Positions 1 to 13,913 are shown, counted from the stretch's first letter. The stretch: DNA of 64,000 nt from Raja brachyura (GCA_963514005.1 OY740785.1:10912001-10976000); one strand, 5' to 3'. Notes: generated by a model from the sequence alone, not told the origin. Numbers and translations are program-made.

Positions 1-1848
1 AGACATTTTGGTTTCACCATATAGAAATTATAGCAGTGTTTATACATAGTCCCCCCCATTTAAGGGCACCATAATGTTTGGGACACAGCAATGTCATGTA
101 AATGAAAGTAGTCCTGTTTAGTATTTTGTTGCATGCAATGACTGCTTGAAGTCTGCGATTCATGGACATCGCTATTTGCTGGGTGTCTTCTCTGGTGATG
201 CTCTGCCAGGCCTGCCATTTGTTTGAACTTGAGCAGATAGGATGTGTCTATACACTCCATGTATGTTTTGCAACAATTTGGTTTGCCATATAGTCATATT
301 ACTAGAAAGCAACAGAACACACAAAATACATTTTAACATGAACATCCACCACAGTGACTGCTCATTCCTCACTATGATGGAAGGTGAAAAAAAAAGTTCA
401 ATCTCTTCCCTTTATTATTCACCCGTGGTCGAGGGCCTTGAGCCTTCCATTGACGGGACCATCTTGACTCCCGTAGCCAGCGGTCGGGCATCCTCGTCGG
501 GGCGATCAAGCTCCCGCATCGGGGGGGTCTCGGCTCCCCCGCGCCAGGCGATCGACCCCGTGTCGGGGCTTTTCGAACCTTCTGCGTCGTTAGAGCTCCC
601 AACTCGGCCTCTCCCGAGACTGCGAGCTCTTGATGTTGAATGTCCGCAAGCCGCAGTTGGAGCATCGATCTCAGGCAAGGGATCGGCTCCGATGTTAAGT
701 CCACACTTGGGCCTCAAAGTCAGTCCCGAGCAAGGCCTCCAGCTCCATGATGTTAGGCCGCAGAGCGACTGGAGGTATGACCTGGAAACCAATCGCATCT
801 CCGGCAAGGTAAGAGATTGAAAAATGTTTCCCCCATATCCCATCCCCCCCCCCCCACACCCCCCCCCCAATAAAACAAACCAGAGAACATTAACACAAAC
901 TTTTAAAACACACTAAAAATAATTTAAAAAAGGACGAAAGAACAGACTGTTGGCAAGGCTGCCATCGCGGGGCTACCAGGTGATGAGGTGGTATGCTTTG
1001 GATCTTGGGCAGTTCCTTCTCTTCTGCATACTTTACTCTTGCCATCACTCTGATATAAGTTAATCTTCGTCTCTTCTGTCCACAACACCTTTTTCGAGAA
1101 CTGTGGTTGCTCTTTTAAGTACTTCTTGGCAAACTGTAACCTGGCCATCCTATTTTTGCGGCTAACCAGTGGTTTGCATCTTGCAGTGTAGCCTCTGTAT
1201 TTCTGTTCATGAAGTCTTCCGCAGACAGTGGTCATTGACAAATCCACACCTGACTCCTGAAGAGTGTGTCTGATCTGTTGGACAGGTGTTTGGGGATTTT
1301 TCTTTATATTCGAGAGAATTGTTCTGTCGTCAGCTGTGGAGGTTTTCCTTGGCCTGCCAGTCCCTTTGTGATTAGTGCTCTCTTTCTTCTTAGTGATGTT
1401 CCACACGGTTGATTTTGCTAAGCCTAATGTTTGGCTGATGTCTCTAACAGTTGTATTCTTGTTTCCCAGTCTCATGATGGCTTCTTTGACTTTCATTGGC
1501 ACAACTTTGATCCTCATGTTGATAAACAGCAATAAAAGTTTCCAAAGGTGATGGAAAGACTGGAGGAAAGACTAGGTGCTGAGACCTGCATTAAGGAGGC
1601 AATTAAACATACCTGAGCAATTACAAATACCTGTGAAGCCATGTGACCTGAAACGGGGGGACTATGTATAAACATAGTTGTAATTTCTACATGGTGAAAC
1701 CAAAATGTGTAAAAATGGCCTTTAGTAAAATCTGACAACGTGCACTTTAACTACATGTGATTTTTTCTTTTACAAATCTCAAATTGCGGAGTACAGAGGC
1801 AAATGAATAAATGATGGGTCTTTGTCCCAAACATTATGGAGGGCACTG
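1..1848 (-). mobile_element. Tc1-family DNA transposon, defective; its other end lies before the window start
   Basis: Minus ORF 924..1532 is the Tc1 N-terminus (paired-like HTH, GRPRKT, KVLWTEETKINLY). The C-terminus QAWQSITREDT..MNRRLQAVI is at ~120-215. Right TIR ends ...gggcactg|TA at 1848. Bases 1-58 are the reverse complement of ~1654-1710. Confidence 0.92.
250..975 (-). mobile_element. GC-rich non-LTR retroposon fragment inside the Tc1 element (family unassigned)
   Basis: Its 3' tail matches + strand copies at ~20115-20290 and ~34800-34920 (gtcactgtggtggatgtt..gttgcaaaacatacttgg..aataaag). Confidence 0.6.
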
Positions 1849-3142
1849 TAAATTCAAATTTGAATTGCTTATCACTATAATTCTGCACTCCCACTTTGTT
1901 CTCTATTTTTTGTCTAGTACGTGTTTCCAATGAAGCTCCTAGGAAGCTTGAACACCAGTCTCCCAGGTGCTGATGCGGCATATCATTCTTCCAGACTTTA
2001 TGTTAAATTCCATATTTTCAGATTATCTAATATCTCATCCTAGAATTTTACATTTCCAATATTAAATATTTTCCTAATCTTACCATTCCATTGCCCTATT
2101 AAAACTCACCCAGATGTAACTTCACTGATCTGTACCGCTCATTTTCAATCACCATATTGCCATTTGCCTGTTTCTTGTCAATATTCTTTCGAATTTTCCT
2201 TCTTTATTCCCCGTCCCCTCCCCAGATTATAGATTGTGAAACATTTCTTAACCTAATTATCTCAACTTGAATTGTTTCCTTTTGTCTGCACTTACCCAGC
2301 TATGTTATTTTCACCACTTTTCAAATTTTCTGTGATGCAGTTTTTTGCATTTCTTCATAGCCCATAACCACATCTGCTGAATAAGCTGTAATAAGTATGC
2401 TCTCTTCATCAACCACGATAGCCGTAAGGCTTATAAGAAGTACATCTGGAGCCTATTTCTCAAGGAAATAGCATGGATCAAATTGGTCCAAAATGTTAAA
2501 TGTGTACTAATGCTTAACAGGATATAAAGCTGTATGGTTCATACTAGTCGTATTTTTTTACCAGTTGCTGTGGGAAAGGGAAAATAAGCTTAGGCTGTAA
2601 TTGTGTGGACACTTTGTCCAATAGGATTGTCAAGTTGGTGCCATAGTGATAAAAGAGAATCGAATGGCAAATTGCATATTACAAACAAGGGGGGAAGATT
2701 AGATCAGAACATAAAATTATAAGCAGGAATAAGGCACTCAATTCTTAAATCCAGCCTTGCTATATGGTAAGATTATGGGTAGTCTGTTACCTCACTTCCT
2801 ATTTTCCTGCACTTAAACTGTTTCTCTTGTTTCCCACAATAAATTAAAATTGCATATATGTCTTGAATATGCTGTCTACTGCTCTCTTGGATAGAGAATT
2901 GCAAAGATATACCATTCTCTGAGTGGAGAACTTTATGACCTCAACCATACTGCACAATCCTAAACACATCCCTACCTGAGCAGCAAACTACTATGGATGT
3001 TGTACACATACTTCAGCTTGCATTACTACAGTCTGGCTACATCATAAATACTGAGAATTCATTGTATTATTGTATATTTGTGTTCCGTTGTGTATTAATG
3101 TGCCTGTAAAACTGCAGCGAGAAAATATTTCATTGTTCCGTT

Positions 3143-3366
3143 TGTAGCGGCAGATTTTTATATCGTTCAAGAGATTACTTGCTCTATCCGCTAAGTGGAC
3201 TACATGGTTAAGGGGAATGTCGTTGTACGCATGCGAGCTCTCCGTCGGGGACCTTCAGAGCCCTGAAATACGTCATAAATCCCACCCACAATATAACAGG
3301 CAGTCTAAAATTTAAAGACACATGCCATCATTAATGACACACAAAACAAGCCAAATGGCCACTACA
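3143..3366 (-). mobile_element. Solo LTR (224 bp)
   Basis: TG...CA termini with inverted ends tgtagcggc / gccactaca; 5 bp flanks ccgtt / ctgtt (TSD with one CpG-type change); splits an older LINE tail. Confidence 0.7.
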
Positions 3367-4279
3367 CTGTTCCAGGTGCATATGACAACCCTTTTAACGT
3401 GACTCTTGACTTGAGCTGACCTCATGGAGACACTGATTTCTCTGGACGTTAACACCCCTGCCAGAGAACTCCTGTCAAATTATGTAACTACTTTGTATGT
3501 TTTAACAATAACGCCCCTCATTTTTCTAAACTTAAATGAATATAAGCCCAGTCTCTTCATCACAAGACAAACTTTTATCATTGGCAAGACTTTATCTTGC
3601 ACCAAATGTAATACCCTTTATACAATACACACTGTCTGATTGTAATCATGTATAATCTTTTTGCTGACTAGATAGCACGCAGCAAAACAAGCTTTTCACT
3701 GTACCTCGGTACATGTGACAATAATAAACTAAACCTGTTGTCCCAAGAATCAATATGGTGAATGTTTAAAGTAATTTTATTTCTCTATTTATTCTCAAGG
3801 CTAGCAAGATGTGTTAACGTAATCATTATTATGAAATAGAAGGAAGAAAGATATAACTGAAAAAGAACACAGAAACTCACTGATGCTCATTACATGTTTA
3901 TGTTAAGTTACAAAAGGTCTTGTGGACAAACCAAAGTGCTGGATGAATTCAGCTGGTGGGGCAGCATTTGTAGAGGGAAATGGACAGATGACATTTTGGG
4001 CCGGAACCCTTCTTCAGACTGATGGAGTTGAGGGGAGCAAGCTGGTAAAGAGAGGGGATGGGAAGAATAGGGACAAAAACTGTAAAGTGATGTAGGTGAG
4101 AGGGGGTGATTGGAAGATGGGTGCAGATAATAACATAGGCTGGAGGTGAAATAGAGACAAAAAGTGTGAGATAAGGAAAGACGAGAAGTGAGAAGCCAGA
4201 GGGAAGGATAGTGAGTGGAAGGGGTACAGGGTGTCGGGGAAAGAAGGGGCATAAAATGAAAAGAGGGAACTTGGAGTGG

Positions 4280-4940
4280 AGAGAGGTGGGAACTTCCAGG
4301 AATGTTAAGTTTTTGACTCTCTCCAATACTGTCCTGTCAATGAAGACAGGTTGTAGATCGTAGGCCTTCCTGTTCTAAAGTCAACAATCAGGTCCTTGGT
4401 TTCACTGACTTTGCGAGCAAGGTTGTTGTTCCGGCACCATTTGGTCAGGCGATCGATCTCCCTCCAATACTCTGATTCTACATCATCGGTAATTTGTCCA
4501 ACAATGGTGGTGCCTTTGGCGAATTTGAAGATGGAGATGGAACTGTGTTCGGCTACACAGTCATGGGTATAGAGTGAGTAGAGGTCTGGCCACACAAACT
4601 GGAGGTACTCCTGTGCTGCTGATTATTGAGCAGGAAATTACAGTTTTCAAGCTCCTATTCCTTCTTCCCGATGGCAGGAGTGAAAAGAGAGTGTGGCCAG
4701 GGTAGTGAGGGTGTTGATGCTGGCTGCCTTTTTGAGGCGGCGACTTTGTAAATCTCTTCAATGGTGGGGAAGTCAGTCCCATGATGGACTGGGCAGTACA
4801 GTGCTCATCACCCATTGCAACCTTCTTTGTTCCTGGGCATTTGAGTTGCTGAAATGCAATCCATGATGCAATCAGTCAAAATGCTTTCTACTGTATAGAC
4901 GTTCAAGAGAGTATTTGTCGACATGCCGAATCTCTTCAAA
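4280..4940 (-). mobile_element. Rex1/Babar-like LINE RT fragment
   Basis: LYSLYTHDCVA...IFKFAKGTTIVGQI...WCRNNNL..KTKDLIVDFR; similar pieces at ~60690-61010 and ~62290-62720. Confidence 0.75.
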
Positions 4941-5759
4941 CTTCAACTAAACACTGCTAATAACTTAATTGCTGAATGGAAAATCCAGGCTGATTAACCC
5001 ATTTCTTAAAACCCTCTGTATTTTTTTCCCAACCGGTTTCTAACTTTCTCATAGCACTAAAATGCCCCAAACCAAATTTTTGAATGACATTATTTGATTA
5101 TGTTGCTAGTGCATTATCTCAACACTGGCAATTCATCATGGTTGACCAGATCAAAAATGTTCAGTTGACTACTTACCATGATTGTTCTTGTTTAGCTCCA
5201 TTTTTACTTGGTGGACTCCAACTATAGTCTCTAAGGTTGTTCCCTCATAGTTATCTGAGTATTTTACGAATTGGTTCTTCGTCTTTTGTCTTTTCCTCAT
5301 CTGCAGGCTGAGCTTTGATATGGTAATTTTCTACAACTCCACATGACTAGCAAGAACCCTTCTAAGATCTCATTCGTGTTCAGCACTGTTTTGGATTTGA
5401 CATTTGTTTTCAAATCAAACATTGAGGAGACTAAATTACGCATGTTCTAATGTTTTCCCAATTACGTTTTAATCTCTCTCATCAGTTACCCCCGAATATC
5501 CACATCAAATCCTATCACCACCATTCATCCTTGACCATCATACTTTAGCATTAAAAACTAGATAAATGTGCTATGCCTGTAGTTTAGTTTGCAAGCTTTT
5601 AAGCATAGTAATATGTAAGTGCAGCAAATCAAAGTGTTGAAAGAGCTGCTTTAGCTTAAAAATCCTCCTTAACTGAACTTGCTTTTATTGCCATTCATGA
5701 GGTAAAGTTTCCTTCCTGAAATTGAAAGGAAATTTTTGAAAGACTATACTTTATTCCTG

Positions 5760-6060
5760 GAATGTTCAAATATGCAGTACAATGAAATGTTTCTGTTCAC
5801 AGTGAAATAACATTGGCATGACATCAATTTTTCTTTAACGTAGATTCCATGAGCAATAAGTCCAAGAGTGTTCTTGTACTCGATGTGCAAGCATGGGCGA
5901 GTCTTCACCTTTCCTTGTCGGCTTTTTGAGGCAGCTATACAAAGCTTAAGTGTGTTTCTTAGCTTGTATTTCTGGATCTTGGAAAGGAGGAGTTCCCACC
6001 TTTTTTTTAAACTCTGGGCAGCTCCTTGCACTGGAAGACCAAAGTGCATCTTTCACAGAG
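5760..6060 (-). mobile_element. Degenerate 3' end of a Tx1/L1-clade LINE
   Basis: Minus strand gives SVKDALWS followed by SKIQKYKLRNTLKL..ASK..GK, homologous to the copy at 56806-57290. Confidence 0.6.
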
Positions 6061-8487
6061 CCAGGCTCTATCAGATGGGGGGGCAACGAGTACCATTTTG
6101 TATGGGCCTCATGCTTCAAAGGGATCTTGATTTGGGGGCCTCTAAAATTGAGGGGCCTCTGCTTGATCTTGGTTTGGGGGCCTCTGAAATTGAAGTTGGC
6201 CTGGGCCTCTGTTCATCTATGAGAGGGCCTGCACAGAGCTGATCATTTCTTCAGCAGACCAGGCAACATCTGTGACTGTGAACATCTGTGAAAGAACTGA
6301 CGATGTTTCTGGTCAGGATTGCAGCATCTGCAACCATAGCGTCTGAAGAAGGGTCCCAACCCAAAGGCTCACCTGTTCTTTTCCTACACATATGCTGCCT
6401 GACCTACTGAGCTCCTCCAACAGTTTTTTTTCTGCAGTAGGTACCCATCTTCTAGTCCTGCACAAAGTCAATTATGTCTCTTCGCAATAGTCTTCCAGAA
6501 GAATAGCTCAATTGAATGTAGGATCAATGCAGCTTGAGTGGCACAAAAATCTTAATTAAATCCTAACGCATTTTAGTGATGGTTATTTACAATGCTCTAT
6601 GCTGTAGACGCCCAACCTCTCTTCCCCAAAGTAACTTGTATATTTCCTCCATCTTGACCGTTTTGGCATCAACAGCCAACGATTTAGCAAATATGGTGAC
6701 ATGAGAGATTACAGATGCTGGAATTGAGCAAAAAACTAGGTGCTGGGGAACTCGACGGGTCCGTTTGCATCTGTGGAGGGAATGGACAGCTGATGATTTG
6801 GGTTACAATCCTCCTTCAGTCTGAAGAGGAGTCCTGACCCAAAATGTCCTGTCCTTTCCCTCCATAGATGTTGCCTGAACTGCTGAGTTCCTCCAACACT
6901 TTGCTTTTTTTTAATATAGTAAATGTTTTGGCCAGAGATTTAAAAAAACGTGTGTGGAATTCAAAAATTCCTGAGACAATCCTCCTCTAAATCTTGTGTA
7001 CTTGTTTTTTCTGCATCTTTTGTTTGGTTTCCAGGTGAGAGGAAGCTGCTCATATTACATTGCCCCTTTGTCACACTAATAATCTGACATCTTCATTAAT
7101 TTAAGAATGATAATCTTAAAGCAATAAAAACAGATTTCTTTGTAAGGAAAAAAAGCAGCAGAAATTATCTAAGACTTAAACTATCTTGTGTTTAAAAAAA
7201 CATTGTCTATTTGAACATAACTGAGATCCGAGTCACTTTAAGGTGATCTCCGAAGCACCTTATGCCTCTGGTATATTTACAATGGTTATTTAAAATTTCA
7301 AGCATGGTAGGAACATGACTACATGGGGAGAAACTTAGAGCAGATAACAAACATTGTTTTCTAAAATCAATTTCTACTGTGATCAAGCTCCCTGTTCTGT
7401 CAGATGAGCTGGGTGGTCGGTCACTAGTTGTATTAACAACTCGGGTTTTGACAATCACAACTTTCCTGCTGACCCTGTTTTTGGGTTTGTTTTGTACGTT
7501 TGTCTGTCTCGCAGGAGACTACGAGAGGCATTTCCCTTATGGCAGTAGTTCCCATTGTAGCTTTAATTGACACAGGATGTTAAGTTGTGGTGGGAATGGA
7601 GCTTGTTTAAAGCCAATCTCAAGCCAGTGTATATTCTGTCATTGTCCTCCTGGATGAGAGGTTCCTTAATGAGCGAAGGAGCAATTAGGAACAAGTGCTG
7701 GTTCATGGTGGTTAATTCACTAAGCACTAATTGAATGGGAAATGAGGTGTCTTTGAAAATGAGTGCAGTGTGGTATGTCCTGTTAACTCTGTGTTTTGTA
7801 CTGTGAAATTAAGTGCCTATTGGTGCTACTGTTTTTTATAAATGACTCGGTCTTATGTGTGGGTTACGCAAAAAGCTGGAGAAACTCAGCAGGTGCAACA
7901 GCATCTAAGGAGCGAAGGAGATAGGCTACGTTTCGGGTCGAGACCCTTCTTCATACTCAGTCTTAAGCGTCTCCAGGCATTGATATATTTTATCAAGCAT
8001 TGTGTACAATGTAATTTGAAGGTGTTTGAATAAATTGTTTAATAAGCCACCGTTATCACTATTTTGATGTAATTCTTTAAATATCTTCACTGTAATATTT
8101 GTGCCATCTGCCAAGACACCTTGTACATTCTCATCCAATAGCTCTTTCAACATTTCCTGCTACCTTCTGAATTTTAAAATTCTATTTCAGCAACAACATT
8201 AAAAAGGCACGTTATTTTATGTTGCCTTCTTCTTGTGACCAAAATATATTGCTTCATACTTACTTGCGTTAAATTTTGTCTGCCTAGTTCACAGATTGTA
8301 TCCTTTTATATTCTGTGGTATTCATAAGCAGTGAAAGGCAGGGCCAATTCTGATTACGGGGAAACAAAACTGTACTTTACAGTCTGGAGAGAAAAAAAAA
8401 TCACTCACCATCTCTCTGCTTTTTATCCATCAGCAAATTTCATGAACACACTACCACTACCTTTTTAATGAGGAATTGAAGTCCAAT

Positions 8488-8752
8488 GAGCCTGTCCCAC
8501 TTACGCGATTTTTTCCGGCGACTTGCCGGCACCCGTCATAGTCGTAGCAGGTCAACGAAAATTTTCATCACTACTCACGACCACACAGGCTTCACCCCGC
8601 GACATGTCGCCAGGGTGTCGTCTGTATGGTCGTGAGTAGTCTCCTCAGCCGCCCAAAGAGTCGATAGTGTCTTTCTGGTCGCCGCTAAATTTTCAACATG
8701 TTGAAAATTTTCGCCGACCTGCAACGACCTATGACGGGTGCCGGCAGTCGCA
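8488..8752. mobile_element. PIF/Harbinger-type palindromic MITE (right end eroded)
   Basis: Begins gagcctgtcccactt; long internal inverted arms gccggcacccgtcatagtcgtagcaggtc / gacctgcaacgacctatgacgggtgccggc. Confidence 0.7.
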
Positions 8753-9889
8753 CACCAATGAAAAGATACAGCTTACAGTGCCGCAATACTTTGTCGCCAG
8801 AACTAGAAGAGAGCAGATAACTGAAAATGTTGGAGCTGAAGGAGTTTAACGAGAAGTGGATACAGACAGCATAATTTTGGATGGTCTCCATTTTGTGGAG
8901 AATAGAATAAGTCGACAGGATGTAAATGAATGTTTCAGCAGCAGATTTGCTGAGGCAGGAACTAAGTTAGGTGAAAGGTGAAATATGTGGTTTGATGTTG
9001 ATCTTTATGTCAAAAATGACAATATGTTTTGACCACCGACTGTACTCGGAAGGAGGCCAGTCATGGGAAATCAAGTTTGGTGGAAATTGTATATTCCATA
9101 TTTTCTTATGACATGTGGCCAGTTATTCTCTACTAGCCATGTGGCCGATTATTCAATACTAGCGTTCAGAGTATTCTCATTAGTCCCTTTCCCCCACTTA
9201 TTTACCTGTAACTTATTCTCCCTTGCATGCTCATCAATTTAATTTGGTTTTCCTGGCACCTACCTATACTAGCATCTGTTTACATGTAGTTAACATTGTG
9301 TCTGCTATCCAATATAGATAGCAGTCTGGCAATGTTAAAGGTATTGATAGGGGAACCCCAGAATTATTTCATGTCTCTTTGCCTTATGAACATGATGAAA
9401 TTTTGGTTCAATGAACGAGAAAAGGGAGGAATATCTATCTATTTTGGGTAAGATAGTCGATACTTTGGGATTAGGGGGCTCTAACTCAAGATCTGGTTAG
9501 TTGGGAGATCATTAGTATAGAATGCTACAGTATGTCAGTCACAATAGGCTTACTCCATTTGGATTCTGCACACTAATTTAAGCAAAAAGTGCACCAGAGG
9601 AGTGATTTTCAAATTGCAGATGATATGCCACAGGCAGAATTTGGTTTTATCAGCAAACCAGAGCTCTATCCTGTGCTTTCTGCTTTAAAAAGGAAACTTT
9701 TGTTTCTTTTGTTATTTGGCTGAGTTTGATCTTATTGTGATGCAGTGAGACAACATCCTGGTTATCATGCATGCACATCACTGCTGCGGTTCACCACACC
9801 AGTGGATGCCCATGCTGCCCATCAGTTTATGCAAATGGTGAATGTAGGTTAAAAGCAGAATGCTAGAAATTCAGCAGTTAAAGCAGGGA

Positions 9890-10490
9890 AGCCACGCACG
9901 CGGCGGTCGTGTCCTGGGGAACCGCGCGGGCCCGATCCACCTGCCGAACAATTGCGCCGCCGACAACCAGAATGACGACAGAAGACCGGAACGCGCCCTG
10001 GTAGGCCTGATGCCCCACAGGCCTCCCAGGGGACTGCGGTGAAGCCGGGTGGCGAGGCCGGTCTGGGCCGAAAGAGCCTCAGTGGTGGTGGCGATGGGAG
10101 CCTCGGCGGCAGCGGGGGTCGATAAGAGTGATGGGGGAGGGAAAGACAATGGGGACCCGGTGTGGGAGGACCATCGTGAAGAACAATGGGGACCCGGCAT
10201 GGGGGGACCGCCATGAGGGATGGTGGGAGAACAAAGGGGGGCCCGATATGGGGGAGGGGGGGCACTCTAGTTTAGAAACCACTGCCCAGGGGATAAGCCT
10301 GCATTCGTTTGTTTGTTTGTTCATTTGTTCCGGTGAAGGCACTGTGCACACAGCAGACAGCCAACAGTTGCTTGTCTTTTTCTTTTTGTTTTCACTTTTA
10401 ATTTCAAGTTTTTGCGTACCGTGTCTGTTGCGACCGTCAGCAGACCAATTTCACTCCGGGGATGAATAAAGCTTTATCGTATTGTAGCAT
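9890..10490 (+). mobile_element. GC-rich non-autonomous retroposon with an AATAAA and short-repeat tail (family unassigned)
   Basis: CpG-rich body, purine-rich repeats (aacaatggggaccc) and ending ggggatgaataaagctttatcgtattgt. Confidence 0.5.
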
Positions 10491-10964
10491 AAGTTGATGA
10501 ATAATAGTTGGTGCAGTGACTGATGGTTTACACAGACTTGCACAATTGTTCCATATGTCATTGCTGAAGTGGGATGGGAAGCAGATGTATGCTTATGCTG
10601 AGGTTTTATTCCCCATTGGCAGCTGCTGATTGTATGCAGTCACAGGCATTGTGTATAAGTGAATACATGTCCTGTGATAAGTGAGTTGGAGAGAGAAGAA
10701 TGGATTCACAAGAAATCATGACAATTCATAATGACATAGCTGCCAACAAAGGGTCATAAGTTAAACCTCTGCACCGTATTTAGTTACCCAATACCTAAGT
10801 CGAGCAGGTGTTTAAGAGTAACATGGTTCATGCAAATATTGCATTTCTTGCAAACTGGGAGGGGGAGGGGATGGAGATAGAGGGAAAGCAAGGTCTATTT
10901 GAAGTCAGAGAAGTCAATGTTCATACCGCTGGGGTGTAAGTTACCCAAGCAAAATATTTAAGAA

Positions 10965-11266
10965 TTAAAGAATACTTTAAGAATAAGGGATAAGCCATTT
11001 ACAACGGAGATTTAGGAAAAACGTTTTCACACAGAGGTTTGTGAATCTCTGGAATTCTCTGCCTCAGAAGGCAGTGGAGGCCAATTCTCTGGATGCTTTC
11101 AAGAGAGAGTTAGATAGAGATCTTAAAAACAGCAGAGTCAGAGGATATGGGGAGAAGGCAGGAACGGGGTACTGATTGTGGATGATCAGCCATGATTACA
11201 GTGAATGGTGGTGCTGGTTCGTAGGGCTGAATGGCCTAGTCCTGCACCTATTGTCTATTGTCTATT
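10965..11266 (+). mobile_element. CR1 LINE 3' end with (ctattgt)n tail; followed by a minus-strand CR1 internal fragment to ~11765
   Basis: Near-identical to the reverse complement of 28230-28500 and 38250-38530. Confidence 0.85.
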
Positions 11267-13523
11267 AACAATCGACTCAAGCATCTTCCCCACTACCGAT
11301 GTAAGGCTAACTGGTCTATAATTCCCCGTTTTCTCTCTCGCTCCTTTCTTAAAAAGTCAGGTTACATTGGCTACCCTCTAGTCCACAGGAGCTGATCCAG
11401 AGTCGAGAGAACATTGGAAAATGATCACCAATGTATTCATGATTTCTAGGGCCACCTCCTTGAGTACTCTAGGATGCTGACCATCAGGCCCTGGGGATTT
11501 ATCTGCCTTCAGTCCCAATAGTTTAGCTATCATCATTTCCTAACTAATGTGGATTCCCTTCAGTTCATCCCTCCAACTAGATCCTTGGTCCCCTACTATT
11601 TCTGGGGACAGAATCAAAGTACTCGTTTAGCTGTTCAGCTATTTCTTTGTTTCCCATTTTAAATTCTCCTGTCTCTGATTGTAAGGGTCCCACATTTGTC
11701 TTCACTAATCTTTTCCTTTTTACATATCTAAAGAAGCTTTTAGAGCCCGTTTTTATATTCCCCGCAAGGGGAATTGCATTACATGGGTTCTAACTTTATA
11801 GTTCAGAACTCCTTCAAGTAGTTGGGCACTTTACGATAAAAGTTAGTTACCTATATCATTCTGATCCTAAATTGATTCTATTAAAGGCAGCTATTAAAGT
11901 AGCATAAAGTCTTGTCTTTGCATCAGTTCTTCTAAAGACTAAGTTGGCCTTTCCCCAGGAGATTTAGGTTTAACTTGCCTTTTATATAATTATCTATCAA
12001 GTTTGGTTGGTTGTTGCATACAAAGCAAATCTAAATGTGCGTGTGCCATTGCTTTAAATAGAAACAGAAAATGATGGAAACACTCAGCGGATCAGGCAGC
12101 ACCCATGGAAATGAATGTCGGAACTGAGATTAGTGGCTTTTAGATGGCTAAGGATTTTGAAGGTTATTGAACAAAGACAGGTAGATGTGTTAAGTTGTTT
12201 TTCAGCCTTAATCTGAAGAGGCTCCTGGCTGGATGAACAATTGCATAGAAATTGCTTAAATTTAAAGTTAAACCACCAAAGAAAAGACTAGCAAACTATT
12301 TTTAATAACTGATGCAATCTAGACAAGGCTTTAGGCTACTTCAATGTTGTTCTTTGAGTCTGAACTGCTTTTCATGATCTTATTGCTACTACTTCACCTT
12401 CACCTCCGCCCACAGCACCAAGATCATTTAGTTCAACTTTTTTAAATTTCATCAATTTCTGCCCTAACACTTAAATTGTTCTTTTTGCTACAACCAAATT
12501 TTGCTGTGCCAGTTATCCTAGCCGTTCTCCCACCGCTACTCCGCATAAGTTTGTGCTTCCATAAAACACTACCCTGTTTTAACTGGCTTCAAGTTTCGTA
12601 ACACTTAAACTCCTCACATTATCTCATTCGCAATTAAATGTGTGGATGAGGACGCTCACTATGGTGGCAAATCAGTTTTAAGATTGTTCCTCTGATTCTC
12701 AGCTTTCTTCTTTACCACCCAATCCTGCCAGAAACATCCTTTGTTTTCTGTGGTTCTCCATTTGTGGTCTCTAATGATTTCTTTTTAGATTCTACCCAAG
12801 TGGTTCACCAGCAGATTCACCTGCCATGGCTCAAAACTCTTGAATTTTCTTCCATTGAAACTCCTCTCCTGCTTGAAAATGCTCCTTAATTTTACTTTAT
12901 GACTAAACTTTCAGTTTTCTGTTCTTTGATCTCTTTCTCTGCTTAACGTCAAAAGTGATTGAAGTTTGAATTCTGGAAACCGTCACTCTGTCTGCCAACA
13001 TTCCTGGAAGGGATGTAAAATTGACGTGAATAAAATAGAAAAACTGCAGATCTTTTGTCTGGTAATGTTGCTGTTATGTATAATGGGATATTCCATTATC
13101 TGTACTATGAGCAATGACTACTAGTATTTATAAAGTGTGGAATGCAACCCACTTCATCTCTGAAAATTTAGTTTTGAATACTATAAAATTGAAGTATGCA
13201 AGAGTGGTTAAAGATTCATTGATGAAACCTTTAAGCTGTCATAGTTCAGATGCAATATTGATTAGATGTCACAGTAAGCTGCTTAAATAGGAGTGACTTT
13301 TTTCTGTCCTTCGACCTGAATTTGAGAATAAGCTGTCAGGGTAGAGAGGAGTGTTCATTCTCAGATTCATCGTGATACCCACTCATTTTGGACAAACCCT
13401 TAAATAGCAAAAAGATCAATGACTTGAATATGAACTTTCCCCCACAGATGCTAACTGACCAGCTACATATTTTCTGTTTGGATTGGGACAGTTGGCTAAT
13501 AAATAATATCTGTCTTTTTCCAG

Positions 13524-13817
13524 TGTGCGCGTTACAGGCGCTAATTCACTTCACCAAGGAGCCCTATTCCCAGGATGCTTTGCACGGGCGAAGTGCAATT
13601 CTTCGCTGTGAAGTTCAATTTCCAACAAATATAGTGTTTGAGTGGCTCCTAAATGGCAAGCCTGTAAGGACGTCTGAGAGGCGCTTCATTGAAGGCAGCA
13701 ATCTACAGTTCACAGCAGTAGATCGGACGGAGGACAGTGGCGACTTTCAGTGCATCGCTCGGAATACAGTCACTGGCGAGGACGCTAAAACGGCAGTGGC
13801 ATCTTTCAATATCAAAT
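13524..13817 (+). CDS. PTK7: PTK7 exon 2 (Ig1)
   Basis: tctttttccAG acceptor, GTGAGT donor; IHFTKEPYSQDALHGRSAILRCEV...GDFQCIARN...ASFNIK; phase 1 to 1. Confidence 0.95.
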
Positions 13818-13913
13818 GTGAGTACCACTACTTTCTGAATAGAAAAGTCCCATGCCATAATGGGCTCCAAGTTCACCAACAGAGCTGCTAAATAGTAGTC
13901 AGAAATACATCTA

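Noticed and set aside
242-870. Overlapping 110-192 aa ORFs
   Set aside because: GC-rich retroposon body with few stop codons; no recognisable domain
6120-6215. Two ~42 bp repeats as a CRISPR-like or functional array
   Set aside because: Only two degenerate adjacent units with no spacers, in a vertebrate intron
9849-10469. CpG-rich stretch as the PTK7 promoter or exon 1
   Set aside because: No signal-peptide ORF with a phase-1 donor; ends in a retroposon-type AATAAA tail
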